Below, piece after piece: positions 51,295-62,385 of a stretch of 64,000 nucleotides of DNA. This stretch comes from Aquiluna sp. (lineage in GTDB: Bacteria; Actinomycetota; Actinomycetes; Actinomycetales; Microbacteriaceae). The stretch spans positions 6,051 through 70,050 of the forward strand of contig JBMLPC010000052.1 of NCBI GenBank assembly GCA_049242305.1, in the 5' to 3' direction. Numbering within the stretch: position 1 is the first letter of the stretch; each line of letters begins with the position of its first letter. Under the pieces are notes generated by a model that saw nothing but the letters and a program-made list of their open reading frames with translations, did not search any database and was not told the DNA's origin. The position numbers and the translations under genes are program-made.

Positions 51295-52556
51295 TTGCTC
51301 TCCAGCATTTCTTGCCAAAGCTGAGAAAAGTTAGGCATGGTCTTGCTGGTGACAGAAATATCTTGAATTTCAATGCCTGCAACTCTTAGCCCAATAATTG
51401 CTCCAGCGGTTGCCATGCGGTGATCCTCATAGGTCTTCCACAGCCCACCGGTTAGCTTGCTCGGTTCAATTTTGATTCCATCTGCAAGCTCGATTGCTCT
51501 TCCGCCAATTCCATTAATTTCAGCAACCAGCGCCGCCAGGCGATCGGTCTCATGCCCGCGCAGATGAGAAATTCCAGTCAGCTCAGATGGGGTTGAAGCT
51601 AGGGCTGCGATAGCGGCAATGGTTGGCACCAGCTCGCCCGCTTCTGAAAGATCTGCCTGAATTCCTAAAATCTTTCCGGTACCGCGCACACTCAGTTGCT
51701 TGTTTTTGTACTCAACCTCGGCGCCCATTTCGCTCAGCAGCTTTCGGAATTGATCTCCTACTTGGGTGGTGTTCTCGGGCCAGGGGATATTCACCTGTGA
51801 ATCGGTGACCAGGGCAGCTGCCAAGAAGGGACCTGCGTTCGAAAGATCAGGTTCAATCTCGATTTCAATTCCTGCTATCGCACCAGGCTCAACCCGCCAG
51901 CTGCTCTCCCCAGCGCTTTTCGCACTTACACCGCGCTGAGCAAGACAAACCAGAGTCATATCTATATGGGGAAGCGATGGAACACTCTCGCCGCTGTGGT
52001 GAATCAGTAATCCCTTTTCATAGCGAGCGCCGGCGAGCAGTAGTCCCGAAACAAACTGGGAAGATGCCGAGGCATCAATCGAGAGCTCACCGCCTTGCAC
52101 GTTTCCAGAAGACGAAATAGAAAAAGGTAAACCATCACCCTCGGCGCTGACGCTCACACCCAATTTGCGCAGTGAATCGATGGTGGTTGCCATTGGTCTG
52201 CGACGAGCCTGAGCATCTCCATCAAAGGTAATCTCCCCACTGGCCAGCGCAGCCAGTGGCGGAATGAAGCGCATTACGGTGCCAGCTAAACCGCAATCAA
52301 TCTTGGCTGGCCCAACCAATTTTCCTGGTGTGACGATCAGCCGATTCGCACTTTTCTCAAAAGTTGTGCCCAGCGATTTCAAGGCTTCGATCATCAGCTG
52401 ACTGTCGCGTGAATAAAGCGGATCCAACAAGGTTGAAGGCTTGTCCGCTAGCGCTGATAGGACAAGTTCTCGATTTGTCAGCGACTTTGATCCGGGTAGG
52501 CGAATGCTGGCCTTGAAGCCCCTTGCTTGTGGGGCTGACCAGCTGGCTATCGACAC
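51291..52556 (-). CDS. aroA: EPSP synthase
   Basis: [32 protein letters not shown]. Confidence 0.96.
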   Translation of the reverse strand: MSIASWSAPQARGFKASIRLPGSKSLTNRELVLSALADKPSTLLDPLYSRDSQLMIEALKSLGTTFEKSANRLIVTPGKLVGPAKIDCGLAGTVMRFIPPLAALASGEITFDGDAQARRRPMATTIDSLRKLGVSVSAEGDGLPFSISSSGNVQGGELSIDASASSQFVSGLLLAGARYEKGLLIHHSGESVPSLPHIDMTLVCLAQRGVSAKSAGESSWRVEPGAIAGIEIEIEPDLSNAGPFLAAALVTDSQVNIPWPENTTQVGDQFRKLLSEMGAEVEYKNKQLSVRGTGKILGIQADLSEAGELVPTIAAIAALASTPSELTGISHLRGHETDRLAALVAEINGIGGRAIELADGIKIEPSKLTGGLWKTYEDHRMATAGAIIGLRVAGIEIQDISVTSKTMPNFSQLWQEMLESN

Positions 52557-52622
52557 CTAACCAAGATACCCGCTCAACTTGCGAAGTTTCAGTTTTATGC
52601 CGCTGCCCATAGACTGCTTTTA

Positions 52623-53204
52623 ATGAAAGATAAATCGGTGAAGCTGAAGAGCTTTGAAGAGCAGGCTTTGCCGCTAATGCCACAGCTATTTGGTGCTGCA
52701 CTGCGCTGGACCAGAAACCCATCAGATGCTGAAGACCTTGTCCAGGAAACCTTTGCCAAGGCATATGCAGCCTGGGACAAGTTTGAGCAGGGAACCAATC
52801 TCAAGGCTTGGCTATTCAGAATCATGACCAACACCCACATCAATCTCTATAACAAGCGCAGCAAGGATCAGGCCAAGACTGCTTTGGATGAGCTGGAGGA
52901 TTGGCAAATCGGAGGCGGGGAGTCTTTGACCTCGGTCACGACCCGCTCGGCGGAGGCGGTCGCTCTCGACAATATGCCAGCCACGGTCATAAGAAATGCC
53001 ATGGATCAGCTGCCCGAGGAGTTCCGAATGGTTGTCTACTATGCCGTAGTGGAGGGCCTGCCCTACGCCGAAATAGCCGAAGTTATGGATACCCCGGTAG
53101 GAACGGTGATGTCCAGGCTCCACCGCGGGAAGAAAATGCTTAGAACTTTGTTGCATGAATACGCAGAGCAAGAAGGCTATAAGACCGAGGAGGTGCAGGA
53201 ATGA
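52623..53204 (+). CDS. sigH: ECF sigma factor SigH/SigR
   Basis: [29 protein letters not shown]; next to aroA and a ZAS anti-sigma. Confidence 0.9.
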   Translation: MKDKSVKLKSFEEQALPLMPQLFGAALRWTRNPSDAEDLVQETFAKAYAAWDKFEQGTNLKAWLFRIMTNTHINLYNKRSKDQAKTALDELEDWQIGGGESLTSVTTRSAEAVALDNMPATVIRNAMDQLPEEFRMVVYYAVVEGLPYAEIAEVMDTPVGTVMSRLHRGKKMLRTLLHEYAEQEGYKTEEVQE

Positions 53205-53443
53205 AGCAGGTTGACTGCGAGGAAGTAAAGCGCAACGTCCATGAATTCCTGCATTCTGAGCTGCAGGAGGCCGATTTGGCGGGTATTACCTCCCACATCG
53301 CCAATTGCGAGTCTTGCGAGAAGCACTATGACATTGAGGTTGTCTTCAACCAGGTCATCCAGCGCTCCTGCGATGAGGCTCCTACCGATGAGCTAGCGGA
53401 GCGAGTAAAGCAGCGCCTGCGAGAGATTCAGGATCACGACTGA
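53201..53443 (+). CDS. rsrA: Zinc anti-sigma factor RsrA/RshA
   Basis: HxxxCxxC (HIANCESC); ATGA overlap with the sigma gene. Confidence 0.9.
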   Translation: MKQVDCEEVKRNVHEFLHSELQEADLAGITSHIANCESCEKHYDIEVVFNQVIQRSCDEAPTDELAERVKQRLREIQDHD

Positions 53444-54030
53444 GGCTCAGTCATTCCTAGCCACTCAAACCAACCCTTATTTAGAACCAGCCAAGCCATT
53501 AAGCCATAACCAACCTGACCAGGTAGTCGGCGCGGATGATTTGAAACTTCTGCCAACCAGCCCTCGTGTTCCTTCAGCGGACTAAAGCAGTCAACATATT
53601 TCAACTGTCTGCGCTTGACCACATCTGCAAAGCCGGCGTTTAGTTCGCTCACCTCAGCGTCATATTCCGCAACGCCCGTAGGAGTTGGCCCCACCACAAA
53701 CACACTCACGCCCTCTCTAATTGCATCATCCAGCAGCGAGGCTAAGTTGAGGCGCGATCGTGAGATGGTGGTTTGGGCCAGGATGTCCTGCGATGAAAGC
53801 GCTAGCACCAAATAGTTTTCAGTTTCTTTACTGAATCTCGGTAGTGCTTCTGCTTGCCAGCGATCAAGAAGCTGAGCAGTTGTCTCGCCAATTTTGGCAA
53901 GTGGAAAAACAGCGACGTCATCACCTTGCGGTATTCGCGCTTGCACTCTTCCCAGCCAGCCCAGACCCTTCGGGTCACCTGCGCCGGTTAGTAGCTCGTC
54001 ACCGAGAACTACTACTCGAAGATTGCGCAT
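53434..54030 (-). CDS. SGNH/GDSL-like hydrolase
   Basis: VLGDELL.G.GDP..LGW (catalytic Ser position is Glu). Confidence 0.75.
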   Translation of the reverse strand: MRNLRVVVLGDELLTGAGDPKGLGWLGRVQARIPQGDDVAVFPLAKIGETTAQLLDRWQAEALPRFSKETENYLVLALSSQDILAQTTISRSRLNLASLLDDAIREGVSVFVVGPTPTGVAEYDAEVSELNAGFADVVKRRQLKYVDCFSPLKEHEGWLAEVSNHPRRLPGQVGYGLMAWLVLNKGWFEWLGMTEPQS

Positions 54031-57000
54031 TAGTCAGCAAACGCCCTGGCAATGACATCGGCCTGCTCAGCAGCGTGACGCTTGCTGGAGCCGGTGGCGG
54101 GAGATGCCGAGGCAGGTCTGGAAACAACCTTGAAGTTGATTCCATACTTTGACATGAACAGTCCCATGTAAGTCCAAGGACCCTGGTTTGCTGGTTCGTC
54201 CTGCACCCAACGCAGTTCAGTTTGCGGATACTGAGCAATAGCTTGCTTCATTTCTTCAACTGGCGTTGGGTAGAGCTGCTCGATACGAATGATTGCGGTG
54301 TCGCCACTGCCACGCTTTTGGCTTTCTGCCAGTAGCTCCCAGTAAATCTTTCCGGAGCAGAACAAAACCTTCTTCACAGTTTGTGGCGCAAGTCCCTGCT
54401 GATCAGAAATGAGCGGCTGGAAGGTGCCGGTGGTGAAGTCGCTAACATCACTTGAAGCCGCCTTTAGTCGCAACATCGATTTAGGAGTGAAGATCACCAG
54501 AGGTCTGCGCGGAGTCGCATAGGCCTGTCTGCGCAGCAGGTGGAAGTGGCTGGCTGGAGTAGAGGGCTGAGCAACTGTCATGTTGTTCTCAGCACAAAGC
54601 TGCAGGAACCGTTCGATTCTGGCCGATGAGTGATCTGGCCCTTGGCCTTCATAGCCGTGGGGGAGAAGCAGTACCAGCGATGACTGCTGACCCCACTTCT
54701 GATCACCTGATGAAATGAATTCATCGATGATGGTTTGGGCACCATTGGCAAAATCACCAAACTGTGCTTCCCACAGCGTCAGAGCGCTGGGCTCTTCAAC
54801 CGAGTAACCATATTCGAATCCCATAGCCGCATATTCACTCAGCAGTGAGTTGTAAACCTGCAGCTGCGCCTGCTGCTCTGTGATGAAGCTCAGCGGCATC
54901 CACTCGGCACCAGTTTCTCGGTCAAAGAAGGTTGCGTGACGCTGCACGAAAGTTCCACGTCTTGCATCTTGGCCTGCCAGACGAACCTTAGTTCCCTCGA
55001 CCAAAAGCGATCCAAATGCCAGCAGCTCGCCGAAGCCCCAGTCGATTCCGCCCTCGCGGCTCATTTCTACTCGCTTTTGAAGAAGCTGCGCCAGCTTGGG
55101 GTGGACGGTGAAGCCGGTAGGTAAGTTAGCGTGAGCATTACCGATGGCTTCAACCAGTTCCTTGCTGATGGCAGTTGGTTTGGCAAGTTCCTGCTTTTCG
55201 CTGGCGGTCGTTCCAATACCAACTGGTCGCTCCGGTAGTGCAACAGGCTGGCTCATTGCTTCGTGCACCTCGACGAACGCATTCTCCAAGGTTGATTGGA
55301 AGCTGGCGTTTGCCTGGTCGAATTCTTCCTGCGTGATGTCTCCACGGCCGATCAGGTTATCCATATAAAGAGTGCGGACACTGCGCTTAGCTTCAATCAG
55401 GTTATACATCATCGGCTGCGTCATCGAAGGATCATCACCTTCGTTGTGGCCACGGCGACGATAGCTGATGATGTCCATCACTACGTCCTTGTTGAACTTC
55501 TGACGGTAGTCGAAGGCAATCTGAGCAACCCTGACAACAGCTTCTGGATCATCTCCGTTGACATGGAAAATCGGAGCTTGAATGCCCTTGGCGAAGTCAG
55601 TGGCGTAGGTGGAAGTCCTGGCATCTTTTGGCAAGGTTGTGAAGCCAACCTGGTTATTCACGATCACGTGAATGGTTCCACCAACTTTGTAACCCTCCAA
55701 TTGGCTGAACTGCATGGTCTCAGGGACAACACCTTGACCTGCAAATGCAGCATCACCGTGAATGAGAACCGGCAGCACTGGATAGTTTTCTGGGTTGCCA
55801 AGTCGGTCCTGCTTAGCTCGCACGATTCCCTCGAGAACCGGGTTAACCGCTTCAAGGTGTGAGGGGTTTGCGGCCAGGTACACCTTTACGGAAGTTCCGT
55901 GAGCTGAAGTGAAGGTTCCGTGAGTTCCAAGGTGATACTTCACATCACCACTGCCCTGAACACCCTTAGCATCAGTGTTACCTTCAAACTCTCTAAAGAC
56001 CTGGCCGTATGTCTTGCCGGCAATGTTGGTTAGAACGTTTAGGCGACCACGGTGCGCCATGGCAATGGCAACTTCTTCTAACTTGGCATCAGCTGCTGCC
56101 TGCAAAATCTGATCCAAAGCCGGAATCAGCGATTCACTGCCTTCGAGTGAGAAGCGCTTTTGACCTACGAATTTGGTTTGCAGGAACGTTTCGAAAGCTT
56201 CTGCCTCGTTTAGCTTGGCAAGAATTCTGAACTGTTCTTCTTTGGAAGGCTTGCGATAGGGCTGCTCTAGGGTGTCCTGGAACCACTTGCGCTCAGTTGG
56301 ATCCGCGATGTGCATGTATTCGATACCAACTGTGCGGCAGTAGGTGTCGCGCAAAATCCCAAGCATGTTGCGGAATTTTGCCTTGACTCTGCCGCCAAAG
56401 CCGCCCGTCTTAAAGGTGCGATCAAGGTCCCAGAGCGATAGGCCGTAGTTTCGGATGTCCAGATCTGGATGCCAGCGCTGCACGTATTCGAGCGGATCGA
56501 TATCTGCAATCAGGTGACCGCGCTCACGGAAAGCACTGATGTATTCCTGAATTCTGGTGTTTTTACCCGATTGGTCTGCCAGATCCCAGTGGAAGTCGTT
56601 TACCCAAACCACTGGGGTGTAGGGAATGCGCATATCGGCAAAAATCTTCACGTAGAAGTCACGCTCACCAAGCAGCAGCTCTTCCACAATCTTTAGAAAC
56701 TCTCCGCTGCCAGCTCCCTGGATTACGCGGTGGTCGTAGGTGGAGGTGAGAGTTAGCACCTTGCCAATGCCCTGCTCGGCAAGCTGATCTTCGCTCATTC
56801 CTTTGAATTGAGCTGGGTATTCCAGTGCTCCAACGCCAACAATGCAGCCCTGTCCCTTAGTGAGTCTTGGTACAGAGTGAACTGTTCCGATTCCACCAGG
56901 GTTGGTTAGTGAAATCGTGGTACCAGCAAAATCATCTGCCGCTAGCTTGTTGTCGCGAGCTCTTGCAACCAGATCGTCATAGGCAGCTAGGAACTCTGCA

Positions 57001-57713
57001 AAGTTAAGTTTTTGTGCTTTTTTGATGTTTGGAACTAAAAGCGCTCTGGTGCCATCTGGTTTGGGGATGTCAATTGCCAAACCAAGATTCACATGCGGTG
57101 GAGTGATTGCGGCAGGCTTTGCGTCAACCTCGTCGTAGTAAACATTTTGACTTGGAAATTCCTTGAGCGCCTGCACCACCGCATAACCAATCAGGTGTGT
57201 GAAGGAAACCTTGCCACCGCGGGTGCGCTTGAGATGAGAGTTAACAACAATTCGATTGTCAATCAAGACCTTGGCGGGCAGTTGGCGAACACTGGTTGCA
57301 GTTGGGACACTCAGCGAGGCATCCATGTTGGAAGCGAGGGTCTTGGCCATGCCGCGCAGAATGTTTACCTCGGGTTGAGCCTCTTCTTCCTGGCTAACAA
57401 CCGGCATTGATCCGGTAGCCGGAAGATCTGCCGGAACTGGCGCGGTAAAGGAGCCGGTATCGGTTGCCTTAGCAATTGGCATCGTGATTGCCTCGGTTAT
57501 GGGCTGCGCAGAAGAAGTTTGAGTAGCGGGCGTTTGGGAAACTGCTGGCGAAGCAGGCACTTGACCGGTTTGGGTTTGGGAATAGCGCTCCAAGATGGGA
57601 ATCCAAGATTTGTCAATTGAATCTGGGTTTTCTAACCACTGGGCATACATTTCGGCTACTAGCCATTCATTTGCACCGAAATCAGCCTGGGTATTGCCGG
57701 GATTGGAGGACAA
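54030..57713 (-). CDS. kgd: Multifunctional 2-oxoglutarate decarboxylase/dehydrogenase (E2-E1 fusion)
   Basis: FGANEW, TYDHRVIQG, MAHRGRLN, HGDAAFAGQG, WEAQFGDF. Confidence 0.97.
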   Translation of the reverse strand: MSSNPGNTQADFGANEWLVAEMYAQWLENPDSIDKSWIPILERYSQTQTGQVPASPAVSQTPATQTSSAQPITEAITMPIAKATDTGSFTAPVPADLPATGSMPVVSQEEEAQPEVNILRGMAKTLASNMDASLSVPTATSVRQLPAKVLIDNRIVVNSHLKRTRGGKVSFTHLIGYAVVQALKEFPSQNVYYDEVDAKPAAITPPHVNLGLAIDIPKPDGTRALLVPNIKKAQKLNFAEFLAAYDDLVARARDNKLAADDFAGTTISLTNPGGIGTVHSVPRLTKGQGCIVGVGALEYPAQFKGMSEDQLAEQGIGKVLTLTSTYDHRVIQGAGSGEFLKIVEELLLGERDFYVKIFADMRIPYTPVVWVNDFHWDLADQSGKNTRIQEYISAFRERGHLIADIDPLEYVQRWHPDLDIRNYGLSLWDLDRTFKTGGFGGRVKAKFRNMLGILRDTYCRTVGIEYMHIADPTERKWFQDTLEQPYRKPSKEEQFRILAKLNEAEAFETFLQTKFVGQKRFSLEGSESLIPALDQILQAAADAKLEEVAIAMAHRGRLNVLTNIAGKTYGQVFREFEGNTDAKGVQGSGDVKYHLGTHGTFTSAHGTSVKVYLAANPSHLEAVNPVLEGIVRAKQDRLGNPENYPVLPVLIHGDAAFAGQGVVPETMQFSQLEGYKVGGTIHVIVNNQVGFTTLPKDARTSTYATDFAKGIQAPIFHVNGDDPEAVVRVAQIAFDYRQKFNKDVVMDIISYRRRGHNEGDDPSMTQPMMYNLIEAKRSVRTLYMDNLIGRGDITQEEFDQANASFQSTLENAFVEVHEAMSQPVALPERPVGIGTTASEKQELAKPTAISKELVEAIGNAHANLPTGFTVHPKLAQLLQKRVEMSREGGIDWGFGELLAFGSLLVEGTKVRLAGQDARRGTFVQRHATFFDRETGAEWMPLSFITEQQAQLQVYNSLLSEYAAMGFEYGYSVEEPSALTLWEAQFGDFANGAQTIIDEFISSGDQKWGQQSSLVLLLPHGYEGQGPDHSSARIERFLQLCAENNMTVAQPSTPASHFHLLRRQAYATPRRPLVIFTPKSMLRLKAASSDVSDFTTGTFQPLISDQQGLAPQTVKKVLFCSGKIYWELLAESQKRGSGDTAIIRIEQLYPTPVEEMKQAIAQYPQTELRWVQDEPANQGPWTYMGLFMSKYGINFKVVSRPASASPATGSSKRHAAEQADVIARAFAD

Positions 57714-57785
57714 TCTTTCCCCTTATTTACTTGCCTGCGGACGCCCTAAAGTCTAACCAATTGAGCGGCTATAGTGTTTTCTGAA

Positions 57786-57824
57786 ATGGAGCACGATAAA
57801 CGCTTTCCTAGGGTGATTGCTTGA
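57786..57824 (+). CDS. Candidate uORF MEHDKRFPRVIA
   Basis: ATG downstream of TATAGT/TAGTGT; its TGA overlaps the TTG of the next gene (TTGA). Confidence 0.35.
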   Translation: MEHDKRFPRVIA

Positions 57825-59125
57825 GCGATTACCTCATACTCCTGTTTGGGGCCCTGCTTGTCGCAGGCACGGGACTCTTCGTAGCCAGCGAGTTCGCCAT
57901 CATCAACGTTGACCGGGTTGACCTGGAGTCAAAGCGGGATTCTGGTGAACGGGGCCTAGAGCGCTCAATCAAAGCCGTCAAGACAACAGCTACCCAGCTC
58001 TCAGCCGCCCAGCTTGGCATTACCCTGACAGTTTTGCTTACCGGTTTCGTGGCGGAGCCGGCACTTTCAAGATTATTGGCCCCATCCCTGGTTGGCTTTG
58101 GCCTCAGCGAAGAGGGTGTTTCGGTTTTGGCGGTTGTACTGGCGATGACAATTGCCACCGTAGTTTCATTTTTATTGGGTGAACTGGTTCCAAAGAACAT
58201 GGCGCTGAGCTCACCGAAGAAAGTCCTAAAAGCCGTTGCACCATTTCAACTTGGCTTCACATTCATATTTAAGTGGCTGATTGTTTTTCTCAATGAAAAC
58301 GGAAATTGGATTCTTCGCAGATTTGGAATCGAGCCCAAGGAAGAACTATCCGTTGCCAGAACCGCTGAGGAGCTAACCTCGCTGGTTCGACGATCGGCCA
58401 ATTTGGGAACTTTGGAAAGCGACACCGCGAAACTGCTGGAAAAAACACTTTCTATGACTTCCTTGTTGGCAAGTGACATTATGACCCCTAGACCGCAAAT
58501 GCAGACGCTTGAGCGAGAGCAGACCGCGGCTGATCTTGTTGCGCTAGCCAGAGAGAGCGGTCATTCTCGTTTCCCTGTTCTGGGTGAAGACTCGGATGAC
58601 ATTGTTGGTGTAGCGCACGTTAAGAATGCAGTTGCTATCCCGCTAGAACGGCGCTCGCAGGTTCCTATTTCAGCCATCATGGTTGAACCGATTCGAGTTC
58701 CAGAAACCATGCCACTGGATCGACTGATTCTAACTCTGCGCGGCCGCGGATTGCAGTTCGGAGTTGTCGTTGACGAATACGGTGGCACCGCCGGTATTGC
58801 CACACTGGAAGACGCAGTTGAAGAGCTAATCGGTGAGCTGGCGGATGAACACGATCGAACCAAGGCACATATTGTTCAATACTCAGACGGCTCCGCCTCT
58901 TTCAGTGGACTTGCCAGGCCAAGTGAGCTTAGGGAAATTGGCCTAAACATTGCAGACGACGAGGACTATGACACCATCGCCGGTTTTGTAATGAGCGAGC
59001 TTGGCAAGATTCCACAAGATGGCGATGTTGTCGAATTACCAACCGGCCAGTTGAAGGTCATTCGCATGGACGGCAGACGTGTAGATCGCATCAAGTATCA
59101 ACCAGGGGGCGAAGATGTCGAGTGA
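57821..59125 (+). CDS. HlyC/CorC (CNNM/DUF21-CBS-CorC) protein
   Basis: FVASEFA, QLGIT, GELVPKN, SRFPV, VDEYGG. Confidence 0.93.
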   Translation: MSDYLILLFGALLVAGTGLFVASEFAIINVDRVDLESKRDSGERGLERSIKAVKTTATQLSAAQLGITLTVLLTGFVAEPALSRLLAPSLVGFGLSEEGVSVLAVVLAMTIATVVSFLLGELVPKNMALSSPKKVLKAVAPFQLGFTFIFKWLIVFLNENGNWILRRFGIEPKEELSVARTAEELTSLVRRSANLGTLESDTAKLLEKTLSMTSLLASDIMTPRPQMQTLEREQTAADLVALARESGHSRFPVLGEDSDDIVGVAHVKNAVAIPLERRSQVPISAIMVEPIRVPETMPLDRLILTLRGRGLQFGVVVDEYGGTAGIATLEDAVEELIGELADEHDRTKAHIVQYSDGSASFSGLARPSELREIGLNIADDEDYDTIAGFVMSELGKIPQDGDVVELPTGQLKVIRMDGRRVDRIKYQPGGEDVE

Positions 59126-60152
59126 CCTCTCCGGTTTTGCCTGGCTAGTTGTTCTTCTTATCTCTAATGCCTTTTTTGTTGGCTCTGAGTTTGCGGTTAT
59201 ATCGGCTAGACGCGCACAGATAGAACCACTGGCAGATAAGGGGAATCCAGCGGCCAAGATCACCTTGAAAGCTATGGAAAACGTTTCTCTAATGCTGGCC
59301 ACTGCTCAGCTTGGAATCACAGTTTCATCGCTCTTGATTTTGGTGATTGCCGAGCCGTCAATTAAGTATGTTCTGGAGGGGCCGTTCACTGCGATTGGGT
59401 TGGATTATGCCGCTGCTTCGGTGGCAAGCTTTGTGGTTGCGCTGATTATGGTTACCTACCTGCACGTCGTGCTCGGTGAAATGGTTCCGAAAAACGTTGC
59501 AATTTCTTTGCCCACATCTTCGGCGCTAATTCTCGGCCCAATGCTTTACGGAGTTGCGCAAGTGGTGAAGCCGTTGGTTTGGGTACTCAATCAAATTTCC
59601 AACATGATTCTTCGACTCTTTAGATTCCAGCCTCGAGACGAGGCCAATTCTGCCTTCACGCTGGACCAGGTGGAAGACATCGTTGAAGAGTCTCAGCGCA
59701 GCGGAACCCTGGCCGATGCATCGGCAACCATCACCAACGCATTTGAATTCACCGAAAAAGTGGTGGGGGACATCAAGCATCCAATCAATCAGTTGATTAC
59801 TTTGACTGCAGACGCCACTCCACAACAGCTGCAGGATGCGGTAGCTGAGCATGGCTTTAGTCGCTACCCGGTCAGAAGCGAAGCTGGAGACTTGATCGGC
59901 TACTGGCACATCAAAGATGCGCTAATTGAAGATTCCGAAAAGTTCACGAGGCCTTTGCAGTCCAAGCGAATGCGAACACTAATTTCAGTTTCGGAAAGTG
60001 CCGAACTCGAAGATGCCCTTGCTCAAATGAGAAAATACGGCGCACACATCGCTCGAACTTTTTCAGCCGATGGAACAATTACCGGCTGCTTGTTCTTGGA
60101 AGACATCATCGAAGTCTTGGTTGGGGAGATTGAAGACGCCACTAGGCGCTAG
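59115..60152 (+). CDS. Second DUF21-CBS protein (no CorC tail)
   Basis: NAFFVGSEFA, QLGIT, GEMVPKN, SRYPV. Confidence 0.92.
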   Translation: MSSDLSGFAWLVVLLISNAFFVGSEFAVISARRAQIEPLADKGNPAAKITLKAMENVSLMLATAQLGITVSSLLILVIAEPSIKYVLEGPFTAIGLDYAAASVASFVVALIMVTYLHVVLGEMVPKNVAISLPTSSALILGPMLYGVAQVVKPLVWVLNQISNMILRLFRFQPRDEANSAFTLDQVEDIVEESQRSGTLADASATITNAFEFTEKVVGDIKHPINQLITLTADATPQQLQDAVAEHGFSRYPVRSEAGDLIGYWHIKDALIEDSEKFTRPLQSKRMRTLISVSESAELEDALAQMRKYGAHIARTFSADGTITGCLFLEDIIEVLVGEIEDATRR

Positions 60153-61218
60153 GCCAAACTCCTCTTTCATATTGACTAGGCCAGGCAACCTCGACACCCA
60201 GTTCGTGCGCTGCGCGAAGCGGGAAATAGGGATCTCGCAATAGCTGCCTTGCCATCATCACTACATCGACTTCTCCCGAAGCCACAATCTGTTCCGCTTG
60301 CTGCGCATCGGTAATTTGACCAACTGCAGATACCGGTGCGTTAGTTGCAGCATGGGCGGATTTACTGAATTCAACTTGATAGCCCGGGCCTGATGGAATC
60401 TTTACACCGGTGATTAGACCACCGGAGGACAAATCAAACATGTCAGCACCTTTTTCGAATGCCCACTTTGCCACCTGATTGGTCTGCTCCTGATCCCAAC
60501 CGCCCTCGACGTAGTCGGTTGCGCTAAACCTAATTAGGAGAGGAACATCTTCGCCAATTTCTTGGCGGACTGCTTCAACAATCTCCAGCAGCAAACGTGC
60601 CCGGTTTTCTAGGCTGCCACCGTATTTGTCATCTCGCTTGTTTGAAATTGGGGAGAGGAACTGGTGGATTAGATAGCCGTGCGCGGCGTGAATCTCAATA
60701 ACATCAAAGCCAGCTTCAATCGCTCTGCGAGCGGATAGCTGAAAATCCTTCACCAAGCCAGTGACCTCTTCGGTGCTGAGTTTTCTAGGCGCTTCATAAC
60801 CAGTGAAGGCTTCGTCGGTAGAGGAGTAGGTCTGCCAGCCGCCATCGCTGATTGGAACTGAACCACTGCCGGACCAACTTCTATAAACAGATGCTTTACG
60901 CCCTGCATGCGCTAGCTGCATGGCACTAACCGCACCGGTCTGCCTTATGAAATCGGTGATCCGTTTCCAAGCAACAACTTGCTCGTCATTCCAAATCCCT
61001 GCACACCATGGAGTGATGCGGCCTTCCGGATTTACTCCACTTGCCTCCACCATTACCAGCCCAGCACCGCCAATTGCCCTGGCACCTAAGTGGACAAGGT
61101 GCCAATCGCCAACCACACCGTCTTTGTTTTCGCATGAATACATGCACATTGGCGATACCCATAAACGGTTCTTGACTTCAACCGATCGAATTTTGATCGG
61201 GCTAAATAGTTTGCTCAT
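60142..61218 (-). CDS. NADH:flavin oxidoreductase (Old Yellow Enzyme, YqjM-like)
   Basis: SPMCMYS, QLAHAGRK, HAAHGYL..QFLSP. Confidence 0.93.
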   Translation of the reverse strand: MSKLFSPIKIRSVEVKNRLWVSPMCMYSCENKDGVVGDWHLVHLGARAIGGAGLVMVEASGVNPEGRITPWCAGIWNDEQVVAWKRITDFIRQTGAVSAMQLAHAGRKASVYRSWSGSGSVPISDGGWQTYSSTDEAFTGYEAPRKLSTEEVTGLVKDFQLSARRAIEAGFDVIEIHAAHGYLIHQFLSPISNKRDDKYGGSLENRARLLLEIVEAVRQEIGEDVPLLIRFSATDYVEGGWDQEQTNQVAKWAFEKGADMFDLSSGGLITGVKIPSGPGYQVEFSKSAHAATNAPVSAVGQITDAQQAEQIVASGEVDVVMMARQLLRDPYFPLRAAHELGVEVAWPSQYERGVWPSA

Positions 61219-62375
61219 CTATCCATTTTCTGCAGTCGTGGCCAAGCTAAAACAATAAACAATCCAAGCAGTGCTCCCCAGCCAATTGCGAAATTAAGCG
61301 GGATCGCCAGAGTTAGAAGTCCAATTACAGAAGGACCGGCAAGACCACCGATGTAGGTGATGCCTACTACTCGAGCCATATTTCTGCCAGAGTGAGAAGC
61401 CTCCCCAATTTCACCTCCAGCCGCAAAGAGCTGTGGAACAACGCCAGAAATTCCCAATCCGAGTAGGAACCAGCAAATCAGCGAGAAAGTCAGATTCGGA
61501 GCAAATGCCTGCAGGCCAATCGCAACTGCAGCGGATAGTGAGCCCCAAACAATGACAAACCCTCGACCTTTGCGCTCGACAATTCGATCAATAAAGATTC
61601 GTCCGGTAATCATTCCAATGTTGAATGCTGCTAGCCCCCAGGCTGCAATTCCTGCTCCAACTAACTGGATGTCACGCAGATAAAGGGCCGACCAGTCGTG
61701 GGCCACCCCTTCGATGATTGCTCCCGATGCGCTCATCAGACCAGCCAGGATTACAAAGCCCAGGACCCTGCGGTTTTGTTTTGAATTCTGCTTGTCAGTC
61801 GCACGATCACTGGTGACATTTGGTTTGTTAGGAAGCAGCCAGCTGGCCATGAAGAAACCAACTACAGCGAGCGTCAAGCCAACAATCGGAAGGGTTTGAG
61901 CTTGCTGAAATCCGGCAGAGATGGTTGCGAATCCAAGCGCTGCACCGAGTAATCCACCGACTGACCAGAACAGATGGAAGAAAGTAAAGATTGGCCGTGA
62001 ATTCTCTTTTTCAACCTGCAGTGCTGCTGCATTCATTGCCACGTCGACACCCGCAATACCAAAGCCAAGTAAGAGAATCGCTACTCCCAAAACAAATGGA
62101 TTGAAAGCAAAGGCTGGGCCCAGTAGTGAAAGACCAACTGCAACGCCACCAATTCGGGTTGCTGTTTTGGCACCAACGTGATCGACCAGATAACCAAACA
62201 GCTGCATTGCGATAAAGCCGCCAACCCCGCTGAGCATCAGCAGAGCCCCCAAAAGGGTGTAGTCAACGTTGGTGACCACTTGAATTAACGGAATGTGAAC
62301 GGCCCAGAGGGCTAACGCGCTGCCACCGGATAAAAAGAAGAAGGAAACTGCAATTTTAGAACGAAGAAGACTCAC
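61215..62375 (-). CDS. MFS transporter
   Basis: About 12 TM helices, DVAMN, FH.FWS.G, EG...DWS. Confidence 0.85.
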   Translation of the reverse strand: MSLLRSKIAVSFFFLSGGSALALWAVHIPLIQVVTNVDYTLLGALLMLSGVGGFIAMQLFGYLVDHVGAKTATRIGGVAVGLSLLGPAFAFNPFVLGVAILLLGFGIAGVDVAMNAAALQVEKENSRPIFTFFHLFWSVGGLLGAALGFATISAGFQQAQTLPIVGLTLAVVGFFMASWLLPNKPNVTSDRATDKQNSKQNRRVLGFVILAGLMSASGAIIEGVAHDWSALYLRDIQLVGAGIAAWGLAAFNIGMITGRIFIDRIVERKGRGFVIVWGSLSAAVAIGLQAFAPNLTFSLICWFLLGLGISGVVPQLFAAGGEIGEASHSGRNMARVVGITYIGGLAGPSVIGLLTLAIPLNFAIGWGALLGLFIVLAWPRLQKMDR

Positions 62376-62385
62376 GCCCTCAACT

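Noticed and set aside
52557-52622. Autoregulatory SigR promoter or extended isoform upstream of sigH
   Set aside because: No GGAAY-N18-GTT found; only a housekeeping-type leaderless -10
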